This document shows positions 38,308 through 51,304 of a stretch of 64,000 nt of DNA, one piece after another; position 1 is the first letter of the stretch; every line of letters begins with the position of its first letter. The translations under genes were made by a program, and so were the position numbers. Origin of the DNA: Octopus vulgaris (Eukaryota); contig OX597816.1 of the NCBI GenBank assembly GCA_951406725.2, positions 128,526,001-128,590,000 of the forward strand, given 5' to 3'. The notes beneath the pieces are model-generated. The model was not told where the DNA came from and did no database searches. It saw nothing but the letters and a program-made list of their open reading frames with translations.

Positions 38308-38477
38308 GCTGATGATGATGATGATTATGACAACGATGATGATGATGGTGATGATCATGACAATAATAAGGATGATGGTGCTGATGATGACGATGATGAT
38401 GAAGATGATAATGATGATGATGAAGATGATGATGGTGGTGGTGATGCTGGTGGTGATGGTGATAATGATGATGATGG
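38308..38477. repeat. (ATG)n/(GTG)n trinucleotide microsatellite
   Basis: Directly visible; source of the poly-Met ORF. Confidence 0.95.
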
Positions 38478-38762
38478 GGATACTTTTGAATTCTTTAGAT
38501 AATGTGGCCAGCTATGAAAATTTTCATAAACAAAATCTAAAATCCCATTCTTTTTCAATCAGAGGAAGTCAGACTACTACTAAAAAAAAATAATGCGTCT
38601 CGTGTATCGTTCATTTCTATGGAATTATGCATTGATAAAATGTTTGACTCAGTGTGCAGCTTCTAATCGCTGCACAAACAGATTTTTGCAACACAGTGAG
38701 GTATCTATTTGTTTAAATGTTAATACTTGAGCTCATTGATTTCAATATTATTTATTTCCCTA

Positions 38763-39436
38763 AAGGCGACGAGCTGGCAGAATCGTTAGCATGCCAGGCA
38801 AAATGCTTAGTGGCATTTCATCTGTCTTTATGTTCTGAGTTCAAATTTCACCAAGGTCAACTTTGTTTTTCATCCTCTCAGGATAGATAATACAAGTACC
38901 AGTTGAGTACTGGAGTCAATGTAATGGACTCATCCTATCCCCCAGAACTGCTGCCCTTGTGACAAAATTTGAAACTAATATTTTCTTCCCTAAAGGTGGT
39001 AAGCTGGCAAAATTGTTGGTGCACTAGGCAAAATGCTTAACAGCATTTTGACCCATATGGACGTTCTGAGTTCAAAATCTGCTGAGGCGGACTTTGCCTT
39101 TCATTCTTTCAGGGTCAGTAAAATAAGTACCCATTGAGCACAGGGGGTCGATGTAATTTACCAGCTCTGTCCCCTGTCCTAATTTCAGGCCTTGTGCTTA
39201 TAGTAGAAAGAAATATTTATTTCCCTAATGCAGCAAGCTGGCAGAATTGTTAGTACACTGAGTAAAATGCTTGGCAGCATTTCATGTCTCGAAATTAGTT
39301 CAAATTCTGATATGGTCATCTTTGCTTTTCATTCCTTCATGGTCAATAAAATAAGTGCCAGTTGAACTGGTGTCGATGCAATCAACTTAACCTTCAACCT
39401 AAAACTGCTGGCGCTGCATGAAAATTTGAAACCATT
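38763..39436 (+). mobile_element. three head-to-tail SINE family A copies
   Basis: Copies at ~38763, 38992 and 39228, each preceded by TTCCCTAA; TTCCCTAG follows the third. Confidence 0.85.
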
Positions 39437-40479
39437 TTAACTTACTTCCCTAGTTTTTATCCTACCCAGTATAGGGTTAACTATTTTAATTTTTATTTAT
39501 TTATTTTATTATTTTTTATCTTTTTCTTTTACTTGTTTCAGTCACTGAAACAAATATCATGGCCACAAGATAGAAACCACTCACCTCTCAGTCAACTGTC
39601 CAATACCCAATCAACTCACCCATCCATGTTTTGAACTCATTTTTATTTTTAATATTTTACCATAAAGTAATAATTACAATGTCAAAATGTGATGTGAGTG
39701 GTTAACACAGCATAGCATATAACTAAATGATGTTAAATAACTGAAGTTCATATTCATGTTACAGTTTTCAAAATCTTGCCAGGGTAGAATTAACCTTTCC
39801 ATCATCAAGGATCAATATTTTAAGTACTTGTCATGTATTGAGGTCAATTTTATCAACACCTTGAACTATAGAGTTTTGCCTCTGCAAGAAATTAATGTTG
39901 AGTAGCTGGCTGCATGTTGAAAGTAATTGAGAATATTCAAGACTGGCTGTATTTGTCAAGTCCCAGGTTATCCCTAATCAAACAAACCTGTGATAAAAGT
40001 GTTTCAGCCCTGATAAAGTTATATTATTTTGGTAAGGTGTAGTTTGAGAGAAATTTGTTGTCTCATAGCAGCTGGAGCAATCCTGTAATATAGGGTTCTC
40101 AAACCAAGATGTGCTTATTTTTATGCCTTGCAAGATAAATTGTAAGCATTCGCAAGGTTTTTTTTTTTTTTCATTTTATTTTCTCTTGCTGGATCTGAAA
40201 GAAGGGCAGGACTTCCTAGACACATGAAATAGATGCCATTAATGTTCTTCTTGATCCTTTGCAAACCAACAACTTCAGGAAAGGCATTAGCAGAAAGAGA
40301 GATTTCCAAAGGCTGACATTCTAGGAAAGAAGGACAGAGTGTGGTGATTAGTTAAGAGCTTCACAAGGCTGAACACTTGTTAGAGAGAGGAAGAGAGAGA
40401 GTATGAGTGAAAAGAGAGAAAAAAGAGAGGGAGAGAGAAAAGAGAGGAAGAGTGAAAAGTGAGGAAGAACGAAAAAAGT

Positions 40480-41700
40480 GTGAGTGGAGGTAGCATGAGC
40501 CTAGCCAACTGAGAGAGGAAGCAGCACATCAGTGGATCAAAGACTGCAGTGCGTCTGTGAGTGACTTTTCTGGATGCAGTCAAAGGTGTCTCTGTGTGCA
40601 ACAATATTGTTCCAGATATGAGAGCAATGCACCAATGTGGGCTTCATCTGAGCTTGTCAATAATTGGTCAATGGTTGTTAGAGGGTGAAGTATTTTCTGA
40701 CCTTGAAGAAAGGGTCATGATGAAGCAGTCCTACTATGTTATGGATAGGCATTTACCATAACATATCCTTAGTGATAGTAAAACCCAATATTTGGAGCGA
40801 TCATAGGGTGGGGTGGGTTCTAGTTGAGAACTGCTCATGATTAAGAATGGATGGGTGTGGTGCAATGATGTCTTCTCAACATACTCTTTACTTTTTTTTT
40901 ACTCTCTTTTACTTCTTTCAGTCATGTGACTGTGGTCATGCTGGAGCACCCTCTTTAGTTGAGCAAGTCGACCCCAGAACTTATTCTTTGTAAGCCTAGT
41001 ACTTATTCTATTGGTCTCTTTTGCTGAACCACTAAGTTACGGGGATGTAAACACACCAGCATCAGTTGTCAAGTGATGTTGAGGGGACAAACACAGACAC
41101 ACAAACATATACATACACATACATATATATATATATATACATATATACGACAGGCTTCTTTCAGTTACCATCTACCAAATCCACTCACAAGGCTTTGGTC
41201 TGCCCAAGGCTATAGCAGAAGATACTTGCCCAAGGTGCCATGCAGTGGGACTGAACCCAGAACCAGGTGGTTCATAAGCAAGGTACTTACCACACAGCCA
41301 CTCCTACGCCTATGAGTAGCATTTGTGTTTTTTTCCTGGAAAGCATCCTCCATTGCAATTTACTTTCAAGATCTCTATTCATGGAATCAGAATGTGTTTG
41401 GTATGATCATCTAAGTTGTGAGCAAATGATCTATTATTGAGGATTTTCAGGGGAAAATGAAGGGTTGTATCATCATTGTAAGTGTTGATGTTGTCAGATG
41501 TGATGGCAAATAAAGCATAGCTGTATAGGAGGAAAAGAGTTGGTGGGTGCAGCAAAACAGAACCTTGGGGAATGTCAAAGTTGATAGAATGAAGGAGAGA
41601 AAGAAACATATGCAGCAAAAGTGCAATCTGATAGGAAGCTACTGATCCAAGAAAATTAGAGGAATCCTAACCAACTAAACACGACTCATGAGTCTAGTAA
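40480..41700 (-). pseudogene. CR1/L2/Jockey-type LINE reverse transcriptase remnant split by a SINE
   Basis: DIPQGSVL..PTLFLLY...TYNDDTTL (RT motifs, YADD-like), then LQILGFTI...RKYFT...CSHIW...DCIQK. Confidence 0.8.
40880..41312 (-). mobile_element. SINE family B, full length
   Basis: Reverse-complement consensus copy inserted in the LINE. Confidence 0.9.
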
Positions 41701-42029
41701 ATTTGATATACAGTTGGCAAGCACTATACTCTGTACATCACACAACTGTTTCAATCATTGACAGTTATTTCTCTTGCTGGTTGCCTCCTCCAGAAACTAA
41801 CACTCATCACAGAAAACTTGTTTCTTATATTTTCAGTTAATACCTTCAATCTTCTTTGTATCTATAACATGACTGAAAAATGTGTTCAGTCGATTGAAAG
41901 CTACTATTTTTGTAAGTGTATTATAAAGTATTATGTCGTTTTAACACACCTATATCAGTTTAGAAGTACTTACTTGTGTATTCAGCCAACTAACTACTGA
42001 AATATTTACTTTTTCCCCCCAAGGTAATT

Positions 42030-43570
42030 ATGGCATCCTGTGGTGAAGAAAAATCAGTGAGTCAATCATACATCGAATTTGGTTTCACTTGGATAAAAAA
42101 AAAAAAAAAAAACCATAAAGATTTCCCACAATGTGTTCTGTGTCATAAAGTTCTATCAAATCATTCAATGAAGCCAAGCTTTCTGAAATGGCATTTCTTT
42201 GAATGCAAAGAAAGAATTGGGAAAAAAAAATTAGAAACCTTACACAATCACTAAAACTTTGATCTTGCCTTGCTGCAAAGATATTGTTTACCATATGTTG
42301 GTAGAAAACGCTGCAAAGAAACCGAATACCCTGCCACTGTTAAATGATATGGATATCTGAAGGATATCTAGCATGTCAGATGATATAAAAATGAAAGGTA
42401 ATTTCAGAAATTTAAGAGGATCTGCTAGATATCTTTATTATTCAACTTGATAACTTCATAGATATGGCATCTGATACTCAGCTGCTTTTATGTACAAGAT
42501 ATGTAAATGATGCACATTTACAAAAAGAATTCCTGATTTTCCAAATCTTGAAGAGTATAACAGAGAGAGCAAAAAATCATAAAGGTAGTTGTATCTAGTC
42601 ATTTTACAAAAGGAGGTCTTTTTTGGAAAATGGTAATTGGTAGCACAATTAGGAGAACACCTGAAATGCTGGATTATAAACATGCTTAACTGAGTAAGAG
42701 TGCTATGTATTAAGAACAAACACTGATTCAAAGTAATTGCTTATGTGAGAAGACACTACTTCCAGCTCCCAAACCTATTCTTGATGTCGTTGTAAGATGA
42801 ATTTTGTCATTTCTAGTTTTCTGAGTACAATGATTCTATGTTAACTATGTCAAGAATTAAATGCTGAGGTATAACCATTTTCATTTAACATAGGCATTAG
42901 ATGGCTTTGAAGAAACAATATTTTGACTCAAGTTACAGTGTCGGAAGAAGAACCAAAAGAATTCTCTTCAAGATGCTGAAAAGATAAACCAATCAAGTTT
43001 ATAGGTAAATTACCTGACAATAAACTAGTGGTGGGCCCATGCTAACCTGCCTAAATAACATTTTCTTCTGACCCAGGTAATCTAGTAACACTTATAGATT
43101 TTGTTGATAAATTAGAAGTCATTGAATGAAACTTTAGTGGTGGAATGAAAAACTAAATATAGGTCATTATGATGTTTTTGAGAATATGGCTGAATGTCCT
43201 CTACTAGAGAAAAGGACATCAATGAAATCATTGTGTTAGCTCAGAAGCATTTTCTTTCACTGTATGATTAATTGGATTCCTATTTTCTTGGTATTAGTTT
43301 CTATGGTCAAAGATCTTGAAGCTTCTTCACTAATAAAATTTAGACGTCCCAGTATTACTTATTTGTACCTAAAAAGATATGTGGAGAGATTTTCTCAGTT
43401 TCCTTCCATTTACAACTATGAACAAGATTTTTGTGGTAATATATATAATGAATGAAAAGCAAATTTGGTGAGTGACTGTCATTTGAAAATGATATGCAGA
43501 TGTGTCTCTCTGAAACTTTTTTCTAAAATTGAGTTACTTGCTGGAAAGAGTCAAGCTTGTCTACCCCATC
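42030..43570 (+). pseudogene. hAT (Buster/ZBED5-like) transposase remnant
   Basis: YIEFGFT...PQCVLCHKVLSNHSMKPSFLKWH (BED finger of Buster-type hATs), IQLD, TQLL..TRYV, and IRWL (VRWLS-like); frameshifted. Confidence 0.8.
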
Positions 43571-44054
43571 AAAACTTTAACATTAAATTAAATTAAACTA
43601 CCATCAACTAATACTTATCTATCATCAGTTCTATGATATCCATGCATTTTAAGCTATATTCTTCACAACTCTGTCAGAGTTGATAGGCATTTACATTTTA
43701 TTGAATTCAGTTCAAGGCCTGACAGCATTGAGTTCAGATCTTGTCAGGGTTGAATTAGTATTTCACCACATTCACTGCTGATTGAAGAAACAAGTAGTAT
43801 TAAAATTCACAGATTACTCCAGATTCAGTTGCCATGCATAATTTTAGATACTGCTTCCAAGCAGAAACCATAGTTGGGCAACTGAGATAATAAGCTAGGA
43901 CATAACTTCACAGTTGATACTTGTGAATAATATGGTTACAGCCAATACTTCAGCTGTTAAAATCTCATCTTCATTCAAGGAAGTATCTTTCTTTCTTTAA
44001 TTGATAAATTAATTACCAGATTTACTACAAAATGTTTGGTCATATGACAGTGTG

Positions 44055-44330
44055 AGGGCATGTGTCCGAGTGGCTAATGTGCTGCATTAACAATTGAGTA
44101 ATCATGAGGTCAGTTGCCAAACTGGACAGGGTTGTGGAGAAAAACACTCCATCTCACATTGCTCTGAGATTACTTGATTACTTGATGTGTGGCACATTGT
44201 GCACCTGTTCAGGTAATGTCAATTATATGGAGGGCTTGAACTAATGTACAACATATACATTCAACCACTATAAACAAATCATCTGTGCTTGGTGTTCAGT
44301 AAGAAATTACAGAACCATCTTTCTCTGACT
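44055..44330 (+). mobile_element. SINE family C variant (diverged)
   Basis: tRNA-like head GAGTGGCTAA, CTCACATTGCTC core. Confidence 0.55.
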
Positions 44331-45582
44331 TAAGAGACTACCATTACATGACAAATTAACTGGATGGTTTGAGCCTTTGAACATAAATTGTGTTCTAAGT
44401 CTCCCAGTAAATAGAAAAATAACAAAAAAAAAAAAGAAAAATAACATCCATGAAAAGATGAATCTACTTAGTAATGTTAAATGTAGAATAATCTTTAGTT
44501 CCATGAATAAACACCTTTGAATATTGATTGATATTTGACAATATAAGAAGGAATTTGAGACAGAAAAGACCTAAAGACCCATTTCCATGTCACCTATTAC
44601 ACAAAAGAGCAGAACCATATTTTAATTGGTTCCAAAGTTGCCTAACAAGCAATAGATTTATAGTTTACGTTTTACTAATGCTTTTCTGTTTCCAATTAGT
44701 TATAATATATAAGATTATTAGTAATATATAAAATCATATATCAAAATCTTAGCAGATGATTCATCAATATTGACTGACTAGATAGATGCAAAGTTGTAAG
44801 ATACAAAGTTGTAAGTTGGCAAAAGCAGTGAATTGGCAAAATTGGCAAACAAATAGCCATTAGAGAATCATGTTGAATGCCTTGTGGTATTTCTTCAGAC
44901 TCTCTGTGTTATGAGTTTAAATAACATCAAGGTCAAGTTTTATCTTTCATCTTCTTGGGGTGGATAAATAAACTACCAATCTGAAGTGATTGACTGACAG
45001 AATTGTTAGAGAATTGGGGTGAGATGAAACGAAGTATTTGTTTCAACTCCTGACATTGTGAGTTCAAATTTTGCTACCTAATAACAGCTTTCCTATGTCT
45101 TTCAAGTCTCAGGGATGTAGTTTTAGATGATACAATGCTTCAACTGGAATGACATTTCAGTCACATCAATAATAAAATGAGTGAACCCAGGACAAAGTAG
45201 GTTAAACCATAAAAGTAAAAAGTTAAAATCTGTCATTTATGTTAAAGTCTTTGATGTTAATTAATGAATATTAATTGATTGTATAAGATCCATATAGTGA
45301 TGGGAAATGGGATGATGTAAAGTTCATTACTTTCTCTTAGGCCTCAGCAGTATGAAGTGAAATGACTTGAACAACTAAACAAAATTAGGTTGGGAATTCA
45401 GATGAACAGAATCTTTCATTGAACAACAAGCACAGATGTTTTATTTACAATGATCAAATGTTTGTACTGTACATCAGCTCACACCCTCCATCGAATCAAC
45501 TTTACCTGTGCAGGCATATGGTGTTCTATACATCAGATTTATAATGATTGTAGTCACCAAATTAATATTACGACAATATATA

Positions 45583-45772
45583 TTAGTTTCAAATTTTGGC
45601 ACAGAGCCAACAAGTTCAGCGAATGGAGGTAAGTCTATTACATCAATCCCAATGCTCAACTAGTACTTATTTTATCAATTCCAAAAGGATGAAAGGCAAA
45701 GTCAACAAAGATGAACAAAATGCCGTTAAGCATTTTGTTCAGTGTGCTAATGATTCTGTCAGCTTGCTGCCT
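45583..45772 (-). mobile_element. SINE family A
   Basis: Reverse-complement copy with internal deletion. Confidence 0.8.
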
Positions 45773-45828
45773 TATTTTTACTATATATATTGTTATCTCT
45801 TGTTTCTACAATGGTTATATCTTAAAAT

Positions 45829-46090
45829 TTAATCAACAGTCTGGGGAGAGTCATTCTCTTTTAGTGCCTTATTATTTAACACACTCACCGGTAAAATTTC
45901 CACTTATTTCTTATTTTTATTTTCTAAAATTTTTGTTGCGTCTTGAAACCTTTTCAATAGTCTTGACTCTCAATAATAAGGCACTAAAAGAGAATGACTC
46001 TCCCCAGACACAACAGAATATGCTTCAACACACGAACTCATATAAAGAATCTTGCAAACCAAATCCAAAAACGAAATATTAATCAACAGT
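45829..46090 (-). mobile_element. PLE-derived mini-element with ~37-bp inverted repeat, 12-bp flanking direct repeat and hammerhead variant
   Basis: TTAATCAACAGT at 45829-45840 and 46079-46090; inverted repeat ~45840-45876 / ~45973-46009; hammerhead-like motif at 45924-45960 (-). Confidence 0.7.
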
Positions 46091-46539
46091 GTTTGTAAAA
46101 TAACGTAATTTTGTGTGCCACGATGTGATAGAAGCCCTGGCATTTTTGATAAACTTTACTCTTTGAAAAAATTATAAGTTTATGAAAGAGCGTTAAATGA
46201 GGTTAATGAATGTAAGGCAAAGGAGGAGAAAAGTGAGATAATAAGGCATAGAGTAATTAGGAGGTCAGAGAAAATGGAAGAAAAGGAGAGGAAAGATGCA
46301 AGGTAATAAGTTTTAAAGGATCTCTTAACTACAAATATACATGAACCTTAACACACATGTATATATACATTTAAACAACACTTTTATTGCTTAGTCATAA
46401 AAGGAAGAACAATACCAATGACTTTTAGTGGATTGACGAAAGAAAGGAAGGAAATTATTCTCAAACTGGTAACCTGAACTAAATGCTTGTAATGGAGTGA
46501 ACTACATTAAATGCACCCAAGGTCCAAGATTCTACAAAT

Positions 46540-46900
46540 GGTGGGCCTTGTCAATACAGAGGATCTCACCTGAATATACTCACAACCACAACATAGCAAA
46601 GACTGACCTTCCACTTCAATGACAAAAAGTACTTCACTCTTCAACGACTGCTAACACTCTACAAACCTCAAGACATACAATGGTGTATTGCTCCTTAATT
46701 TGGAATGCGGATGCTACAGCTACATGCATTTTAGACTATATCCAAAGGAAAGTAATTTAACTGATTGGCATGAAGTCGTATTCACCACCACATCTCAATC
46801 TCTGGTCCATAGGCTTTTCTTCTCTCTCTCTCTCAACCTTCTATATCAAGTGGCCTCTGCTTTGTGAGTTGGATGGTCTCCTATCACCTCAATTAATACA
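46540..46900 (+). pseudogene. LINE ORF2 3' remnant (same family as 40480-40870)
   Basis: KKYFTLQRLLTLYKPQ..MVYCSLIWNA...LDYIQR (frameshifted). Confidence 0.7.
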
Positions 46901-47685
46901 TTTACAACTCACTTACCTCCCCCTTATTTTGTTACCCATATCATTTCCACCTTTCCCAGTCTTTCCCCCATAAAATGTTCTATAATTTCTTCCCTGAGCA
47001 ATTTTTTTTCTTGTTTTTTTGTCTACTTTCATTGACTTGTGATAATTCAAGAAGTATGTTAATCACATTGAGTTCCTCTTTGTCAGAGGACCTATGGAGA
47101 CAATGAGCACAGCACCTTTATTTAGATCAAGCCGATAAAAAAAATAGCTACATTTTGAATTAGAATTTCTGTAAACTTGGCAAACAAAAATTGCTTTACC
47201 CATGGGAAACAAATTTCATATCAATGGCATTATGCTGATTAAAAAACTAAAATCTTGTTGTTGTAGGAAATTTTACTAAGTGATTTGTATTTTACACAAA
47301 ATCTAGACATGATACAAAAAATCTAATTTCAGGTTTGAAATCAAGATACTAAAATTAATTAGGAACACCTTTTTAGTCTTCCATAACAAAATCTTTGTTG
47401 CTTAGTGTAGTTGATGTTGTTATATTAAATCCACCTCCAAGACTAAGAACAGCCCCTCTGACAGACTCTCCACACAGTTTCTCTCTATCATTGAATATTG
47501 GTAGACCTAGGGTTATAGTAGAATACAGTTGTCTAAGATGCTGCACACTAGAATTGGATCCAAAACCATGGAGGTGCACAGTAAACATCTTAATCACCTG
47601 ACTAACAAGAGATGGTTATGAAACAGGAAATAGTTGATGTTAGTCCATGACACAACCACTGACGTAGTTGCGTATGCACAAACAT

Positions 47686-48060
47686 AGGCAGGCGTGGCTG
47701 TGTGGAAATAAGCTTGCTTCCCTACCTCATGGTTGTAGGTTCAGTCCCGCTGCCTGGCACCTTGCACAAATGTCTTCTACTATATAGCTTTCGACCAATC
47801 AAAGCCTTGAGTGGATTTGGTGCATGGAAACTGAACAAAATCCTATTGTATATGTATGTGTGTGTGTGTTTGTGTCTGCCCCCCGCCACCACCACCACCA
47901 CTTGACAACCAGTGTTGGTGTGTTTATGTCACTGTTATTCAGGGGTTCTGCAAAAGGGACTGACAGAATAAGTAATAAGGTCAATCCATTCAATTAAAAA
48001 TTCTTCTATGCAGACCCCTAGCATGGCTGCAATCTAATGACTGAAAGAAGTAAAAAAGGA
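47686..48060 (+). mobile_element. SINE family B
   Basis: Consensus head, core and tail. Confidence 0.85.
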
Positions 48061-48553
48061 AAACAAAAACACAGACATACACACATATGCATAAACATAC
48101 ACTGGAGCATGCACAAACAATATAAGAAATATATAAGGGAGAAATAATTAAGGAAAAAGAGAGAAAAATAAAGCTTGATTCAGGGTAGAGTTAGGGAATA
48201 AGAAACATAAAGGAGAATCTCTGAGGGAGACAATCGCCGGTTGTTGACATAGAGTAATGAAGTCTTTTGCTCCTCCATTTTCTAGAGAGGCTACTCACCA
48301 GAGAAGCTACAATGGGATCTGACACAAAAATCAGCTGTCAATATGAATTTCTTTTAATTAGGTTCAGAGTCAAATTTTTTTTAGTAAGATACCAGCAATA
48401 GAAACGACCTCAGTATATTACTGGTACTTAGTTCAGGAACTCCAAGAGAGTAAGTTAGAATTATATCAGGCTGAGATTTGAATTTAAAAAAAAAATAATA
48501 TGGCTAAATAATGTAAAGCAGCTTTTAGTCTATCTACTGTGCCAATATTTCTA

Positions 48554-48621
<68 letters not shown>

Positions 48622-49286
48622 CTATATATATGGATAGATAGATAGAAATGATTATATATATATCCATATGTAAGTATGTATATATATACACACATACGTG
48701 TGTGTTTACATATGTATATATATGTATGTATATATCAAAAGGATGTGTTATAACATATACAAAAACAGTCATAGCAACAATCCAACATACCACCATCATC
48801 AGCTGCCCCATGGATATCATAATGGTTTTGACACCTGGGCAGTACCATTTAATAGAGCAGTGTCAACAGCACTAAAAGAAGTGCAGTTTGGGAACAAACA
48901 TACCAAAAAACAAAACACAACTTTCAAACACATTTACCCTATGAACAACAGTATTCAATCAAATATAGGTATGATTAAACCCTAACTTTAAAATTAAACT
49001 ACAACAAGAAACACATAAATCTATGTACATCTGTATTGGTATTAATAGTGAACTTACAATAACTAAATTATATACTAAATAGTGACCAATCTTTAATTCT
49101 ATACAAATAATAATCCCACCAGTCTTCTATACTTACTATTATAATAACAGAAAGTGGAAGCTTTATTTCAATTCTCTCCAAAACAAAAACACAATTGAAT
49201 TTAATGAATAATATAATAATTATGAGTGAAATACATTTTTTCATAATTCAAAAGTTAATAATAAAAAGACTACATACTCCCTTAAA

Positions 49287-50461
49287 GATCTATTCCATCT
49301 TAATTACAGATTTTTTCATTAATCTTTTTTTTAACTAAACAGTTTGAAACTGGTGGAATTTCTCACACAGAACACTGTTTACTTTGAACGTTTTGGACAA
49401 AATTTCATATTTTAGAAGTTATTTCATGTTAAAGTTGTCATATTTGGTTGAAGAAAGCCACTGCCGTTTATGATAGTAATCAAAGAGGAACAACTTTCGG
49501 GTCATATCCACATAATGTCACCACTCTGTTCGAAGAATCAACATTGTTGACATATATGTAGTTTCAAAATGCCTTATTTTACGGCTATGAGATGTATTGT
49601 TATTGTCGTGATTTTATCTTACTATAATCAAGAACAAACACATTTCATCAATATAAATGTCTTTATTTGATAAAAAATAACATAATCACAACATGAAGGT
49701 AAAACAAAACAAATAGCAGCTTATACACCGGAAAATACGGTAATTGCAGTAACAACGACAAGTTCATTCGCTGGTTGCTAGTTGATAGTGTAGAAGGGAG
49801 GGAAAGAGTTAGGAATACACAGTGCTGACTAGAAAGGAAGAAAGGATAAATGTGACATCGTACTTGCTGTAAGAATAGAACAGAGTGGTGATATTTAGTA
49901 AAGATGACCTGGAAGTTGTTCCTCTTTGATTACTATTGCAAACAGCAGTAGCTTTCTTCAACCGAATATACGTCATTGATTGGTTGAAATTACCCAAATA
50001 CGACAACTTTAACACAAAATAACTTCTAAAATACGAAATTTGGATCTTTTCCTTTTGAACGGCAGTTTTCAACACAATTTCTAGTTAACTAAACACTTTT
50101 AAACTTCGTATACTGGTAGAATGTGTCAAAATAAAACATTTTTTTCTCTTGGCTTTCTTGAGAAAATTGTAATTTGTAAGTTTAGCGTAGTTTAATTTTT
50201 CGAATTTTAAGTAATCCTATGGCCTCTATTGTGCTAAAATCATTTGCTGCGTCTAAAACAGATAACATCCTGTCACTAACCCTAACCCTAAATTTTAGTC
50301 TTTCGTTTTTTTTTTTGTTAAGGAAAAGTTCCCGAAATTTTGTCCAAAACGTTCAGAGTAAACCATGTTCTACGTGAGAATTCTACCAGTATTCGACATT
50401 TCAAACTGTTTAGTTTTAAAAAAAATGAATTAAAAAATCTCTGACTGAGATGGAATAGATC
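49287..50461. mobile_element. foldback DNA element with nested asymmetric inverted repeats
   Basis: Outer arms ~49287-49406 / 50335-50461; inner arms ~49400-49531 / 49878-50041; (TAACCC)n at ~50277-50291. Confidence 0.75.
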
Positions 50462-50943
50462 CTACTCATAATATATAATACCCTTACAAGCAATAATGTA
50501 AACTTAGCAGTAACTAATAAAAACAATACATTTATAAATAGGAACTAATAAAAGTGTACTTGTAATTAACTATTATCATAAAACTTGGCTACGATTAAAG
50601 CTAACTTAAAATTTTTTAAAAAGATAATAAAACTACAATGTATTAACACTTACATGTTTTTAGAACCACATGGTTCATCACTCGCAGAACTTAAAAGATT
50701 ATCTTAACTATAGATGACGTAGTATGTAATTACTACTTCTTCAATTGTCTCAAACAATATTGGTGACGTAATAAGCAAAAAACTTGAATCGTAAACATTC
50801 CAAATCTTTACAGATATTTGAAATATCATATCTATACCCTTGTTTTATTAAATGTCTTAACAGTTAATTTATTCTATACAAAAATTTATTAGCATTATTA
50901 ATAATAGCATTATATCTGACTATTTGCTCTCTCTCTGTATATA

Positions 50944-50946
<3 letters not shown>

Positions 50947-51010
<64 letters not shown>
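50947..51010. repeat. (TA)n microsatellite
   Basis: Directly visible. Confidence 0.95.
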
Positions 51011-51012
<2 letters not shown>

Positions 51013-51196
51013 GCTCGTAGCTTAGTTTTGCCTGGGGGCTGGCCGGATCGGAGCGATCTCAAGATTAATCATCCGAAATTGCGAGGATGATCCGGTTCTT
51101 GACTGAAGATTGAAGGCTTCGAATGTCCCGTCCGTGTTTTTTGTATCGTTTTCTAAATGTTTTACGTTCTTGTCCCAGTTTTTATTTTTCTACATA
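51011..51196. mobile_element. short CpG-rich insert between TA repeats (probable PLE-derived pLTR fragment)
   Basis: Flanked by TA repeats, T-rich 3' half like the other pLTR fragments here, contains CTGAAGA..GAAGGCTTC GAA. Confidence 0.45.
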
Positions 51197-51304
51197 TAAT
51201 ATATATATATATATGTATGTATATATATATAAAACTTACTTGGAAAAGGATGCGTGGCGTTCGATCATATAATAATATAAATAATATAAATAATATATAA
51301 ATAT

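Noticed and set aside
38291-38593. 100-aa poly-Met ORF
   Set aside because: It is an (ATG)n microsatellite expanding from a retroelement tail.
38750-39452. Regularly spaced repeats resembling a CRISPR array or tRNA cluster
   Set aside because: The units are ~230-bp SINEs with degenerate tRNA-like heads in eukaryotic DNA; there are no unique spacers, cas genes or complete cloverleafs.
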